Positions 24,610 to 36,833 of a stretch of 64,000 bases of DNA are shown piece after piece. The translations under genes and the position numbers were made by a program. The notes beneath the pieces were generated by a model that saw only the letters and a list, made by a program, of their open reading frames with translations, ran no database searches and was not told the origin of the DNA. Source of the DNA: Neophaeotheca triangularis (taxonomy: Eukaryota). The stretch lies in NCBI GenBank assembly GCA_054600435.1, contig BAAIJX010000058.1:1-64000 (forward strand). Direction: 5' to 3'. Position 1 is the stretch's first letter; every line of letters begins with the position of its first letter.

Positions 24610-26430
24610 CAACAACACAATCACAGACAGACGTAGATGCTGCCACCCAGCGCGGGAAGGAAGAAAGGTCTAGTGTCAGACGTTTTGGGCACTATGACGG
24701 CTAAAATGAGTGAGGGAGGTTGGCGAGGTCGTATGGGTTCCAGCTTGCTGGAAACTTGTACTTCAATAGTTTATCGAGGAGGGATGACATCCAGTTCTTG
24801 ATCGACAGAGTCGCGCTAAAGCCACGTTGGTTTGGAGTGCTTCGATCTTGTGCGAAGAGCGGAGTAACCTCGATTCCGACCAGGCGTCTGTATCTTCTTC
24901 GCCACCGGCTGCCTAGAGAACTGGCTCATGTAGCCCTCCTCGGATCAAGAACAGCCTTTCAACGGCCTTCCCGCCTCACCTTGCGGACACGCTTAGAGGA
25001 GGATTTTACTAGCGCTTAGGCCGAGTCCTGCAAAAACGATACCAAAGACCTGACGGGATGCCAAGTCGAAGCCTTTTGCCTCGATCGAAGAGGAAGCATC
25101 AAGAAACATCCCTGAACCCCGCTCAGTAGCACTCCGTGAGCGTCACGTTTGGAAACAAGACCGGAACCACCGCGATGGGATCTTATTAAGCCTGGCAAAG
25201 CACTTTCGGCCATTCCCTGGCATTCGTCGTTTCCACGCCATTATCTTGTGGAACGTTCCAGCCTCCTCGAGTCTTATGACCTGGCTTCGTCCCAGCCCAT
25301 CGTTTAGCTTGTCGGTTTCCGAGGGACTCGTGGTTTCCCAGACTGTTTAGTTCGCTTGGAAGCTGGCAGGTGGCTCGAGTCTTGCTTTGGGATAACAAAA
25401 GTGTAATGGAAAAGATTTTGAATCCCTCGACACCTCCTGGAGCTTTGGGACACGTGACTTGGAAAGGATCAGGAGATGCTGAAGAGAGCGAAAGGTTCAT
25501 GTTACCCAGCAGCTCACCTGGAGATTCCAGCCTGGCTCTCTCGGTGCCCTGCTCTGACATCTGGTAAGAGGACTATACGACTCGTCGCAAATTCGAAGTC
25601 CTTCACACCCACGCTGCTCTATAGGCAAAGCGGGCTTCGTACGAATGCAGTCGCTTCTGCCTAATGGAGCCCGTCATGCTCCGTCGAAGATTCTGCAGCT
25701 CTGCCTAGCGAGCGGTAAATAGCTCTGAAATTTCGACGAAATTCAGCCAAACAACTTGTCCAATGGAATCTTCACCCACTTGGCCCCGACGAGTCTAGCG
25801 AATTGTTTGTGCCTAGAAAGACAGGGCGCCGACTTGACTGCAAGTGTCGCTTTCATGCCAGCAAGCAGCCGAAGCAATGTCCTTCCCGCAGGACACGACC
25901 AGGAGGAAGGTAAAGCCAATGATCTGGCTTTGTTCTTCAGCGAAAACGTCCACTCTTCAGCCGTATTGAATGCTAGGAGCCCGTACATAGCACTTCGGAC
26001 TGGCTTCCACTCATGACAACTGGAAACTCAGTTCTGAGGCAGCGGAGCTCAGCATCATGGAATGAAAGTGAGACTACGGGTACAACATCAAGTACATGGA
26101 TATTGCCCGGGAGGCAGCCTGTGTACTCAGTAGTATACAATATGTAGTGCTACTCCTCCAAAAAATCGATGATGCTGCTCCATGCGCACGCATTTCAAGA
26201 AATCGTCACCGGCAACACGAACTTGTCTTTACGTCTCAACCCAACTGCAGCAAACGATTACTATCTGCAAGATCTACAATGAAAGGTGAGAGCAAAAAAA
26301 TCAACGCCCGTCATCATCCCTCCAATACTGAGACCCGGCACACGCTCGCGCGCAGCACAACCCCGATCCCACTAGAGTCCAGACTCTAGCGCTCAATACT
26401 GATAATGAAAAACCCACTTTAAGGGATATT

Positions 26431-26551
26431 TGACGGCGTCGAGATTCGAACGCACAGCTTTGAGCTTTTCGTGTGTCTGAAGGAGCTCAAAGACCCATGA
26501 CCCTCGGCGAGTGAAACGAACTTCCGAATTGACCACTTGACCGGTGAGGTC
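26431..26551 (-). pseudogene. degenerate tRNA-like / Pol III-type element
   Basis: Minus strand has A-box-like GGTCAAGTGGTCAA and B-box-like GCGTTCGAATC, GAC...GTCA ends, an internal CTTTGAGCT/AGCTCAAAG stem and a T5 run about 20 nt downstream; acceptor and anticodon stems do not pair properly. Confidence 0.4.
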
Positions 26552-26919
26552 GAGAGGGGAGCGGGAAATGTGGTATATATAGTTTTCGTTAGTTGTACAC
26601 AGTTAGGGAGCCAGCTAGTTATGGTGAGTGCTGACTTAGTAAGGGGTTGAGCTGCTCCTTCACTTCAATGTCACTTCTAGAGAAAAGTCTCTTCCTCTGG
26701 ATTCTCTGTCAAGCTTGATGTTTCCACAATAATGCACCGCAGCTCCTTCAAAATCAGCAGCATCTACATAAATCGGAGGTTGGAGAGCGCTCCCCAGCAC
26801 TTGGACTTGACACTCTCAGCTCCCTCCCTATGTAGCACATACAATTGCCAAGGCTCACATCAGAGATGACAGGCCTCGTGGCCACCAAAACCAGTGCCGA
26901 AGAGACGACCATCTAACAT

Positions 26920-29900
26920 CTAGACAGCTCCAACCCCACCGCCCTCGACCTTCTGATATCCCCCGACCACATCTCCAATCTCAATCAACAACGTCAATGC
27001 CGCTCCACCCCGCCCAACCCAAGCCCTAATGGACTTGATACTCCTCTCCCCCCACTGCACTTTATGCTGGATCAACAACCAGCAAACGCCGCTCACATTA
27101 GGCGTCGACAGCATCGCCTCGAAACCGCGACTCCCCGGTAGGAACAAGTACCCAGGCCACTGGCCGGGACGCCCGCTCAGCACGCTCGAAGCCTTCAAGG
27201 CGGCCTCCAGCGTTTCCTTCGTGGCGTCATTGGTGACGGTCTCGCGCAAGACATAGTTGAGGGGTTGGTGATCTGGAGACCTGTCGACTTGGAGGTGCTC
27301 CCAGGCGAGAAAGATGATATCGGACCAGTGCTGCAGGGGCATGAGCTCATTTGGGTCGCGGGCAGTGTTGTAAAAGCGGTAACGAGGGGCGTAGTTGGCG
27401 GTTGCCAAGAGTAGGCCTGCGGCTGGCCAGAAGACATTGGCGTAGTGGTCTGGTGGTAGCTGGTGGAAGCGTTAGTCTTCTTATCGCTCGAGTTTCTTCG
27501 GGTTGCTGACTTACCTCGGCCGTATTGCCGTTCTTCGTCACCGTGTTCGCGTGATCGTACCATACATTAATGCCCTTTGGGTCATGAAGCTCGACGTCGA
27601 TTCCAACCTCCTTGAGCAAGGCACTGTAGGAGCCTTTGGCCACTCGCCCTTCAATCTTTTCCGTCCAACCCTCTTCCGCGAGTTGTTCGTAGCGAGTGAA
27701 AGGGCTCGTGGCGTGGAACTCTGGAGGCGAGCCTGTGCCATCGAGATACGACAGCAAGAGCTTGCCCTTGGCGACAGCGACCTCGAAAGGCTCTTCTTCG
27801 CAAACCGGACCCGCCGTTCCGGTCTCATCTTCATCACCTCTAGCTGCCAAACCCGCATCAAGCGCTGACCCATCTTTAGTAGCTAGCAGCTCTCCTTTAC
27901 CGCCATCCTTCACACTCCTGTCAACATCCCCAATCTCCACCAACAATCTCGGCCAATCAATCCCACTGCCTTCGAAAACCCGAATCGACTTCACCTCCCT
28001 CCGGCCAAAAGCCTCTTGATGTTGAATCAAAAGCCAGCAAACGCCCGTCACGATGGGAGTCGCGAGCAGCATGTCGAAAGTTTTCATTTCAGGGGTAAAG
28101 AGCCTACCTGGCCATTGCTGAAGCTTGTCGTCGGCGAATTGCTCGCTTACCGCTTCTTCAATTGCTTCGGTTGTGGGGGTGTTGAGGATGCTTTCGAAGA
28201 GGATGTGGTTTAGTTTTTTGGGTTGTTGGTTTGGGAGTGGGTTTTGTGGTTGGGAGTGGGTCTGGAGGTGTGCCCAGGTTAGGTAGGCTATGTCTGACCA
28301 GTGTCGCAGCGCTGGGAGGTTGGGCTTGGGTAGTTTGGAGCGCGGGCTGTAGTTGCTGGTGGCGATTATCAGGCCACCTGACGGGTAGAATGTGTTGGCG
28401 AATTCGGCGTTTGTAGGCTGGAGATGAGAATCAGTTTTTTGGCCGGCTACGGAGGGGCTGGGAACGCACCTCGTGATTTAGAAGTTTCCCTTTGGAACTT
28501 TCATGCTGGGTTGTTCTAGAATGAGTCCATTGAATCTTGAAGCCTTCGCCTAAGTGGATGTCGATTCCCAGAGTCTGCAAACCTTTAGTCCATCCATCTG
28601 ATTCGCCCTTTGGTGGTTGTTGGTTTGGGATTTGCTCGTAGCCCCAAGCTGCAAGGTCTTGATACTCCTCAAACTCACTCTTCCTATGTTGCGCAGGAAC
28701 GGTAAGCGGCTGCTGCATACCAAGCCGAAGCAAAGCCCCTTTAGAGGATGATTCTTCGCATGCAAAAGCCGCTTCTGTTCTCGGTTGGACGGCACCAGTA
28801 TATTCCACGGACGAAGGATCTTCGTAATCGCCTATTTGAACAAGTATGGAAGGCGGCCATTTCCCCTCTGGATAATCATTCCACACCTGCAGGCTCTTGA
28901 TCACCTTGTGGCCAAGAGCTTCCTGATGCTGTATGAGAAGATAGCAGATGCCCTGTACGTTGTCGCTGCCTAGTAAGGCATGCCAGCCTATATCATTGGG
29001 AGTGAAGGTTACACCGGGCCATTCTGATGGTACACCGTTCTTGTGTTGTTTCTTGGCCTTTTTCAACGCCATCGAGATGATCAATTGCGTTTCCTGATTG
29101 CTGATTGAACTGCGTAAGATCCATTTGAGGCCTCGGAGTTGGCTTTTCTGCTCCGACTCTGGGTTATCAAAAACTAGTTGCCTCCAGGTCAGAAAGACTG
29201 CATCCGACCATCTGCTCAGTCCAGGAAGAAGGAGTGGATTCACTGGCTTTGGCGTACCATGCTTCGGCCTGTCGCTTCCTGGAGGGTCTGAACCTGGGCC
29301 TACGTTGTTCTCACAGATGATCAAGCCGGCTTTTGGCCAGTAGACGTTGGTGTACACTGCTCCCGTGGCTGGGTATGTCTGTCCAGACAACACCGTGTCC
29401 TCGGAATGCCTCCAACTGATTTCGACGTTACCAATTCTGGCGTCAACGCCAATCGATGCGAGCTGGTCGGCGTCACTATCGAAATTCTTATTCTCCAACC
29501 TCGTCTCCGTCCAGCCCCACTTCTGGAAGGCGCTGTAGTCCTGATGTTGTGTCTCGCGGACGACGCCAGGTGCCTTGAGATCGATCATGGCTTCTTGCAG
29601 TGTTTCGCCTTTGGCTGCACATCGCTGCCATGCCTTTCGGCCTTTGAAAAAACCCCTAGGTCGGAGCTCGAAGTTTGCCCTCGGATGAACAGCAAAGCCT
29701 CCTGGGACGACCGGGGTTTCAGTGACTATACCGTAACTGATGATGCCAGAACTCATGGGCTGATCATCTGGGTGTTCGGCGAACCGGCCTGGACCGTCGG
29801 AGCGCTTACCAAGGTTGTTGGAAATGTCGCGGTGTTCCCCGTTGAGGGTAGGATCGAGAAGTAACAGAAGCCACATTCCCGAGCTTGCCAGTATGAGTAC

Positions 29901-29939
29901 CGCAAAGAGCTGGCGCCATCGGTATCGTGGGACGTCCAT
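26920..29939 (-). CDS. ~970-aa secreted/signal-anchored protein with three tandem copies of an uncharacterised domain; exons 29939-28470, 28417-27515, 27459-26920
   Basis: Two phase-0 GT-AG introns join three ORF-track fragments in frame; N-terminal hydrophobic segment; motifs WSD..(F/Y)L.W, WPG..F.P and G(I/V)C(Y/W)LLIQH each recur three times. Confidence 0.85.
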
Positions 29940-32601
29940 GTTGTGCTTGGGTACCGTGATACGAGCTGTCTAACGTCGTACACGAAGGCTATTTAGATGT
30001 CTTGGGGTTCGGCTAGATTGGTGGTGGAAGATAGAAGATCAGTAAAGAGTTTGAATGTGTTCCACGGCTTTTGATCGAGGCGAACAGCGCATACCCACGA
30101 GCACCGAAGTAGCCTTGTGCCAACGCAACCATATCTGCTTGGTAGTTCTGTCATCTTATTAGGTGTCCTTAAGACACCGAAAGAGCCACGTTACTCCTCC
30201 ACATGTTGTGCTTTGGGCATGTGGAGTCTGTCAGGTCAACTTAGCAGGCGGCATTCAACGCACTACTGTGCAAGTTGGACTGCAGTCCTACGGCTCAAGG
30301 TCTCGAGGAACAACTTCACCTTGTTCCCTACCTACATACCTAATGCTGCCTCACCACCGTGAAAAGGTCTGCTCTTGCACCTACCTGAACCGCCCTGATC
30401 ACGTTGCACTACTCCAAGTGGCAGGCTGGTCCGCTTAAAGCGCGCTATTGCGTTACTGTACACTCAAGCCTCAACGATGTTGCTGAGCAGTGATATCGAA
30501 GCCAGATTGACCGGGATATGCTAGGTCCCATGCCATAGCTTGTCATATCGCTATACCTGTCCAAAGCAGGCTCATGTTCTCAATTTGGCCGGCAGAATCA
30601 AGCAGCGGTCCGGCTGGACATTTAATGCCTTGATCAAACTACATCCCAGCTGAAGCCAACGATCCGGGACCATGGTGCACTTGATTCCAAAGCTTTTGTG
30701 CTGTAGCGCACGTATAGTGCATCTTCGTTTTCGCGGTAGAGAGACCGTAAAAAGTGAACTCAGAAGAAGCGTGCTCGCACGTAGGCCACCATTGAGTACG
30801 TCTATTTGATCGGTTTGGGATTTCCACTATCCGACCAAGGCTAGCCTGGAAGACGATGCCAGCAGAGGAGATGATAACATGTGTATACAGCCTGGGTCCA
30901 ATGTCTTGTGTATGTCGAAGGCAAGTCAGACGGCGAGGACGAAGTGAGGCTGGACGAAACTCAAATTTGTGGGTCACAGAGCCTGATTGGGAAAGAGGGG
31001 TCCAACGACGGTCCAAAACATCATCATATCGACGGCAACGAATAGTAGGTCCTTTGCTGTAGTGTCAGCGCCTCGCTTGCTGCAGCGTCAATCAGGCAGC
31101 TACGTAGGCTTACTCGTGCGAAACCCATCATTCTCACCATCACCGTCTGCTTTCCACCCGCTGGTGGAGCCCCAGGGTTGTTTGGTCCTACGAAAGCAGT
31201 TGTCTGAGCTCGTGGGATTAGTCGTCAGTGTCTTCAACTTCGGTATGGGCTATCGAATTTGTGGAATTGTAGCGAGGAGGGATAAGGTCGTGTACTCGAG
31301 CGTATCCGGTGAATGCTTTGTCGTCCATGATGATTGATAAGAAGAGAGTGCAGTCAACATCGTGAGCACCAGCCACTACTTGACGAAGACAAGAGTCTAC
31401 TCTAAGCACATGCCATTCTGCAGGGAAAGAGAGCTGACATCATGGTAAGCATAGTGACGCTACTTAGGTACGGTCTCGGAGGGTATCTGAGAGGTAAGAG
31501 GAGGAAAGGCTGAAGGACTCCCAAATCATTATCATTGGGTCGGGTGGTACGGGGACTCATCATTATTTTCCAAATGGCCGGCCGATGGGTTGGCACAGTA
31601 CTGAAGTTTGCGAATAGACAAGCTTTGGCCGGCTGGAGGCTCATTTCTGAGAGTATCGAGTGCCGGACCAACTCATGAGTGGACGGCAAGCGCACAATGA
31701 GAAAGTAAAAGCTAAGGTACGAAGTCGCATGTATAGGACCAAGTTCATTGAGATAGCAGCTTATCTGCCATTCCATTCGACTCCATCAATGATCAGTCGC
31801 CCGTATCCATCGGCAGCGACACAGCTGATGTGATATATCGTACATGATGCGAAACGATGCACAACTTGAGCGGGGAAATTTCCCTCGCATCCAAAATCGA
31901 GCATTAAGAAGTAGCATCGATAACGAGAATGAAAGGTGATTGCTATTTTCCGGGTGGAGCGAAGTCTGTTGCGATGGAATCCGTTGCGATGTAGCCCTAG
32001 TCTTAGGACTGACAGCGGAAGCAGACGCGCGATTAAAATTGAGCCAAACTCTGATGAACCCCTGACTAGAACTTCTGGCCTTACTCGGATTTGCTGCCTA
32101 GAAACGCCACGCAGTGCATAGATGACTAGCGCGTAGATCTCCAGAGGAATTGTATGGCGCTTCGAGATGTCGAAACCCCTCGGGAGACGGTCGGCGGGTG
32201 GCTTCTGACATTATGGACCTCCGAGCTTGGCTTTTTTGTGAGCTTCTGTCTAAGCTGGACCCCTAGGTACCTTTTTTCTGATTTCATTTGGACTGGCGGC
32301 GGTGATGGTGGGTTGAATGTCCAGCACCGGTCGGTCTTCTGGGGATTGGTGTGGGAGAATAGGTCGTCGAGGTTTGAAGTTTGCCATGGATGTTGCGATG
32401 ACCCGTAGGTTGGAGGGAGAATGATCCCGTTGCCCCGTTTGTCGCGGTGTATACGTGAAGATGCCAGTAGCGAGGATAAGGTAGGCAGGCGGTTCTTATT
32501 TCCAGTTCCGCAGACGGATTGGCAGAATCACAATAGCGGCCTTACCCCAAACCCAACCAACTAACTTCCAGCACGATCCAAATCGAAGCTGAAAAAAAGC
32601 T

Positions 32602-33659
32602 TCACTTCTCAAAAGAATCATTCAAGTAATCTACAAAAAGCTCCCTGACCCTGCCGCCCGCCATGCCAGCGGCACTCTGCTGCCGATGCAAGCCGACAAA
32701 TTGGCGGCGCAAACGCTGCAATTGCGGAAGACTCGGGACGCCGGTGGCAGGCAGCAGTACTACGAGTTTCGCTTCCCCGTCCCCGCGGCCGATGACAACC
32801 TCCCCACCCCCTTCCCCAGCGTGATCGCTCCCCCACTGCCCTATGGCGCTGATGACTTCGGACGTGATGCGATCGAGTTTGTAGAGGAAATTCTCTTCCC
32901 CAGCCGGTTGCAGAACTGTCGCGGCGTTGGGGCGAATAGTTTTGGCCGCTGTGCCGTCGCTGCCGACGAGGGTCTCCCAGATTGCCGCGTATGGCGGTTC
33001 GGCGTCTGCGTGGGCGATGGCGAACAGGGGTGAGTCCCAGCGGGTCATGGGGTTGGGTTCCTCGTAGCGGAAGATGAGGTTTTCGAAGATTTCAGGGTTG
33101 TAGGGTTCTTTTGGTGAGGAGGAGGGGGAGAAGGTGGTGGAGTCAGCGGGTTCGGGTTGGGATTGGGCTTGGTTTTGGGCTGCGGTCTGCTCGTTTAGTT
33201 CGCGACATGTTGCCACCGGCGTCGCGGTCTGGACGACGCAATTGGGAGTTCGCAGTGCTTTGGCTTCGCAGTAGAGTTGGTAGCGGAAGCCTTTGATGTA
33301 GTTGGGTCCGTCAGCGATGACGATCGTGGTCGGGGAGAGGTGGCGTTTTATCGCGGAGCTGAAGGTTGCGCGTGCGGTCTTTTCTGCGTTGGCGGTTGCA
33401 TAGATGGTGTTGCGGGATTCGGTTAGGTCGTCGCTGTTGATGTGGAGGACTTTGTATTTGGAGACGTGGGGAGGGGCGGACGGGGAGGCGATGAGGTCGG
33501 TGAAGTGAGCGGCTAGTTGAGAGGCCCTGTGGGTCTTGCCGCTGGAAGGGAAGCCGGAGAGGAGGATTAGCTGGGATGGGAGAGGGGTTGGTTAGTAGGT
33601 GTGTGGTGGTGGTGGCGAGGGTCCGCGATGGGCATGGGGGCGGAGAGGCTTACGGGCAT
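32602..33659 (-). CDS. KTI12: Kti12, Elongator-associated P-loop protein; exons 33659-33654 (6 nt), 33570-32602
   Basis: MP|LILLSGFPSSGKT Walker A, NYIKGFRYQLYCEAK, RYEEPNPMTRWDSPLF, LPQLQRLRRQF. Confidence 0.93.
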
Positions 33660-35342
33660 GGCGGTTGGTATGGAGTGGGTGTCGTTGCCAATCGTAGTAG
33701 TCTAACCTTTCCTGGCACCCCGGATGTCTTTCGGAGCGACTTTTTTGATATTCTTGGCGGGTGACGTGAGCAAAGCTATCGCCGGTGTCGGACGGCTTGA
33801 AGCGGAGATTATCCGCAGCTTCGGTAGAAGAAAAAGTGTGGGGGAAGAAGAGACTAGAAAAGACGGGAGGCGGGAAGTGGGAAAAGTGGAGGGAAAGCGG
33901 GAGAGGTTGGACTACCTAGGTACCTCCTAGGTACTGGGCAGAAGGCTCCCTTCGGCTGGATGCACGTGATGATGTTCGATGCGCTTTTGCACTCACCTTA
34001 GAGGCTACCTGGCCGGCGGAGAATTAGGTACCTTACCTTACCACTACCTCTACCACGTGCCTCCTTGGCCATATTTCCCCAAAGTGACTCCACATTCTTG
34101 TCCCGGAGCTGACCTTGACGCGAGCCTCGGGGGGAGGATAGGATGGATGTGACATTCCATCGTCGACAGACTCTGAGCGTTAGAGGTATGAGGTAAATCA
34201 AGAGCACCCTCCCATAGACGAGACAACGCAAGCAAAGCCGATCACAACGTCCAGACTTTGTAAATCACCGCACATCATTACCACGTGTGGTAGGGAAGTA
34301 GTAAGACAGGGCGTCGATGGTGAGAGACGTCCCAGACCCGGGCGCAATTCTACCGATACCACCCCCAAGACCGATCAGACCCACACGACTCGAGTTCTTC
34401 CGCCCCGGCGATAACCTCCGAGGTAGCCCACGGTAGCCTTGGAAGACGACGCCAGACGGGACTCTCGACAGTAGTGTGTGGAGGTGGAGAAGTAGCAACA
34501 ATCGAGAGAGAGAGCGAGAGAGATCCGCAACATCTCCTGGTGCCACCCGGCCCTGACTTTCACCTGATTCCGGCCTCTCTTTCCGGCCTTGTCAAATTAT
34601 TACCTTACCTAGCTACCTTAACTGGACGAAGAAGGACCGAGCAACTCTACATACTTTCTCTTCACCCTCGAGTCTCGACACTACTTTCATATCGACGTCC
34701 TCTGTAAACTCTCGTCTACTTCGCTCAAGACTACTGCACTCCAACTTCCGCAACCGATCCCTCTCTCAACTTTAGCCTTGCGATCGTGACCTATTCCGAC
34801 ACATCTTCCTCTCCACTCTCCACCCCCGCGACCACTACCACCAACCTCCAAGGAAGCTAAACCATTCCCGCGCAGAAATCGCTCGGTTCAGTACTCGCGT
34901 ACTTTTACTTCCTACGTCAGCGAGGAGCTATCTCGGCTGAAGTTGAAAAAGATAACCCACGTTGTGCTACCCAGGTACAACTTCTGGTCGCATGAGCCTC
35001 GGTCTTGCAATACTTCAGACTTACTTTCTCCAACTGCCTTACAACGCTTCTTGTGTAACATAACCTCCTACACACCGTCTTTGGCGTGTTCAAGCGCGTT
35101 CACGAGAATCTTGAATATCGACTGGACGACCATCATCGACACCGCGACGAAAAGAAAATCATCCTCGTCTTTCACGCGCCCAACCCCATCAAAAGCCGTC
35201 CATAACCTAAATCACTGCTACCTACCAACAACCTTCCTCCGAATACGACTACAACCACGACCACAGGCACAACAACCTTGATCCCATTACCAACCTCACT
35301 CCCATCTCACCTCCAATACCTCCTCATAAACCAGGCCAAGCT

Positions 35343-35831
35343 ATGCACCGCCAACAACACCCCACCCTTCACAGCCAACGCCCACCCTACCCGCAAGCAC
35401 CCCACTCATCACCGCAATCCGCCGCCTCGTCCGTCTTCCACAGTTCCGACTCGCTCGCAAGCATAAACAGCATGCCACTCCAACAACAACCCGCACTCGG
35501 AGGAGCCTCGGCACCACTACCTTCGCCACAGCAAGAAATGCAACGACAACAATATTTTCCGAGCATCTCTTCACAGCAGCAGCAACAAGACCAACAACAG
35601 CAAACACAGTCGCAAGGCCAGGCGCAACAATTCCAGGGTCAAGTGCAACAGCCGCAGCAATATCAGAGCCAGCAAATGGGTTCGCGGGGTGCGGGTTTTG
35701 AGGGGCAGACTGGCCAGGGCGAAGTCCCGGCTACGGCGCCTTTTTTGAAGGATTTCAGTTTAGTTGCCGAGGCAGCCAAGAGGGCGCAGATGGCGTGTTT
35801 GATGCGGGATATGGGGGAGTGTGAGTTGTAG
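35343..35831 (+). CDS. small Gln-rich protein with a helical C-terminal motif (PFLKDFSLVAEAAKRAQMACLMRD)
   Basis: 162-aa ORF with coding-like composition and a structured C-terminus; function unknown. Confidence 0.7.
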   Translation: MHRQQHPTLHSQRPPYPQAPHSSPQSAASSVFHSSDSLASINSMPLQQQPALGGASAPLPSPQQEMQRQQYFPSISSQQQQQDQQQQTQSQGQAQQFQGQVQQPQQYQSQQMGSRGAGFEGQTGQGEVPATAPFLKDFSLVAEAAKRAQMACLMRDMGECEL

Positions 35832-36833
35832 AGAGGGAGGGTTTGTCCTTGTTCTGGGTATACCAGGGGAGAAGAGGGACTTCAATTGAATTGAGTGGTT
35901 AGACAGGGGTATTTGGATTGGAGGGCTTATTGGCTGTCTGCTGATGGGCTGGTTGATTCATCGATTGAATGAGCAGGTTTGTTCGGTTGCCCTGCTTTGG
36001 GTATGATTTGGATGGGTGAGAGGGTCAGTTTGGATATCACCTCGTGATTATCGGATGGATCTTGGTTTGAGTATCTTTACCTTTCCGGCGTGCTGCGATG
36101 ACCTGGTTTCTTGATTTGTTTTTTGAGCGGTTTGGCTTTTTACACTGCAGCTTCTATTGGGGGTTTGGGTACATGTTTGTCCGCAACAAAGCGCTTTTGG
36201 GTCGGGCTATTGATTGGGTAGGTTGGATTGAATTGCTGGTATGGCTGCTTCGGATTAAGGTAGAGGGCAACACTTTGCTAGTAGCTAAATGGAAGACGAT
36301 GGGCTAGACGGACAGACTGAGGTCGTCTGGAATCTCTACTCGGGTTGTATATGATTGATTGTGTTGGATTTGTCCTGTTGAAGTGATTTGATGGTATTGT
36401 ATGGAGTAAAGACTACGAATAATCGACGTTTGGTTGAGGTGTTTCATGACCGTGAAGCGATGATATATATGCGTGTCTGCCTGTGGCCCTGTACGTCGTA
36501 CCTCCTATTGAAACCTCAAAGCGGCCCGAAGCAAGCTCTCAAGCACGTGTGCCATGTTCGGAGTCTTGTGGCTGATGCTTCACATGCTCCGGCGATCGCA
36601 GGCAGATACATCGTTATTAATTACTCGCATACCTATAGTACAGTACATATTCATATACATCACGCGATACTCTACTACCTCCACGTCGTCTCTTGCTTCT
36701 GCTGCATCCCCCTCATCTCTTGTATATACCCAATACTCCCCCCTCAAGTACACACTCGTCTCATCCGCTTCCATCCGAGCAATACCGCACTGCGCATCTC
36801 AAACGTACATGTAGAGTACACCAACCCTGCAGC

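Noticed and set aside
24700..26400. Possible decayed gene
   Set aside because: Fragments in several frames without a recognisable product.
30100..32450. Possible pseudogene or TE relic
   Set aside because: Stop-riddled, with no transposase/RT motifs, terminal repeats or identifiable homology.
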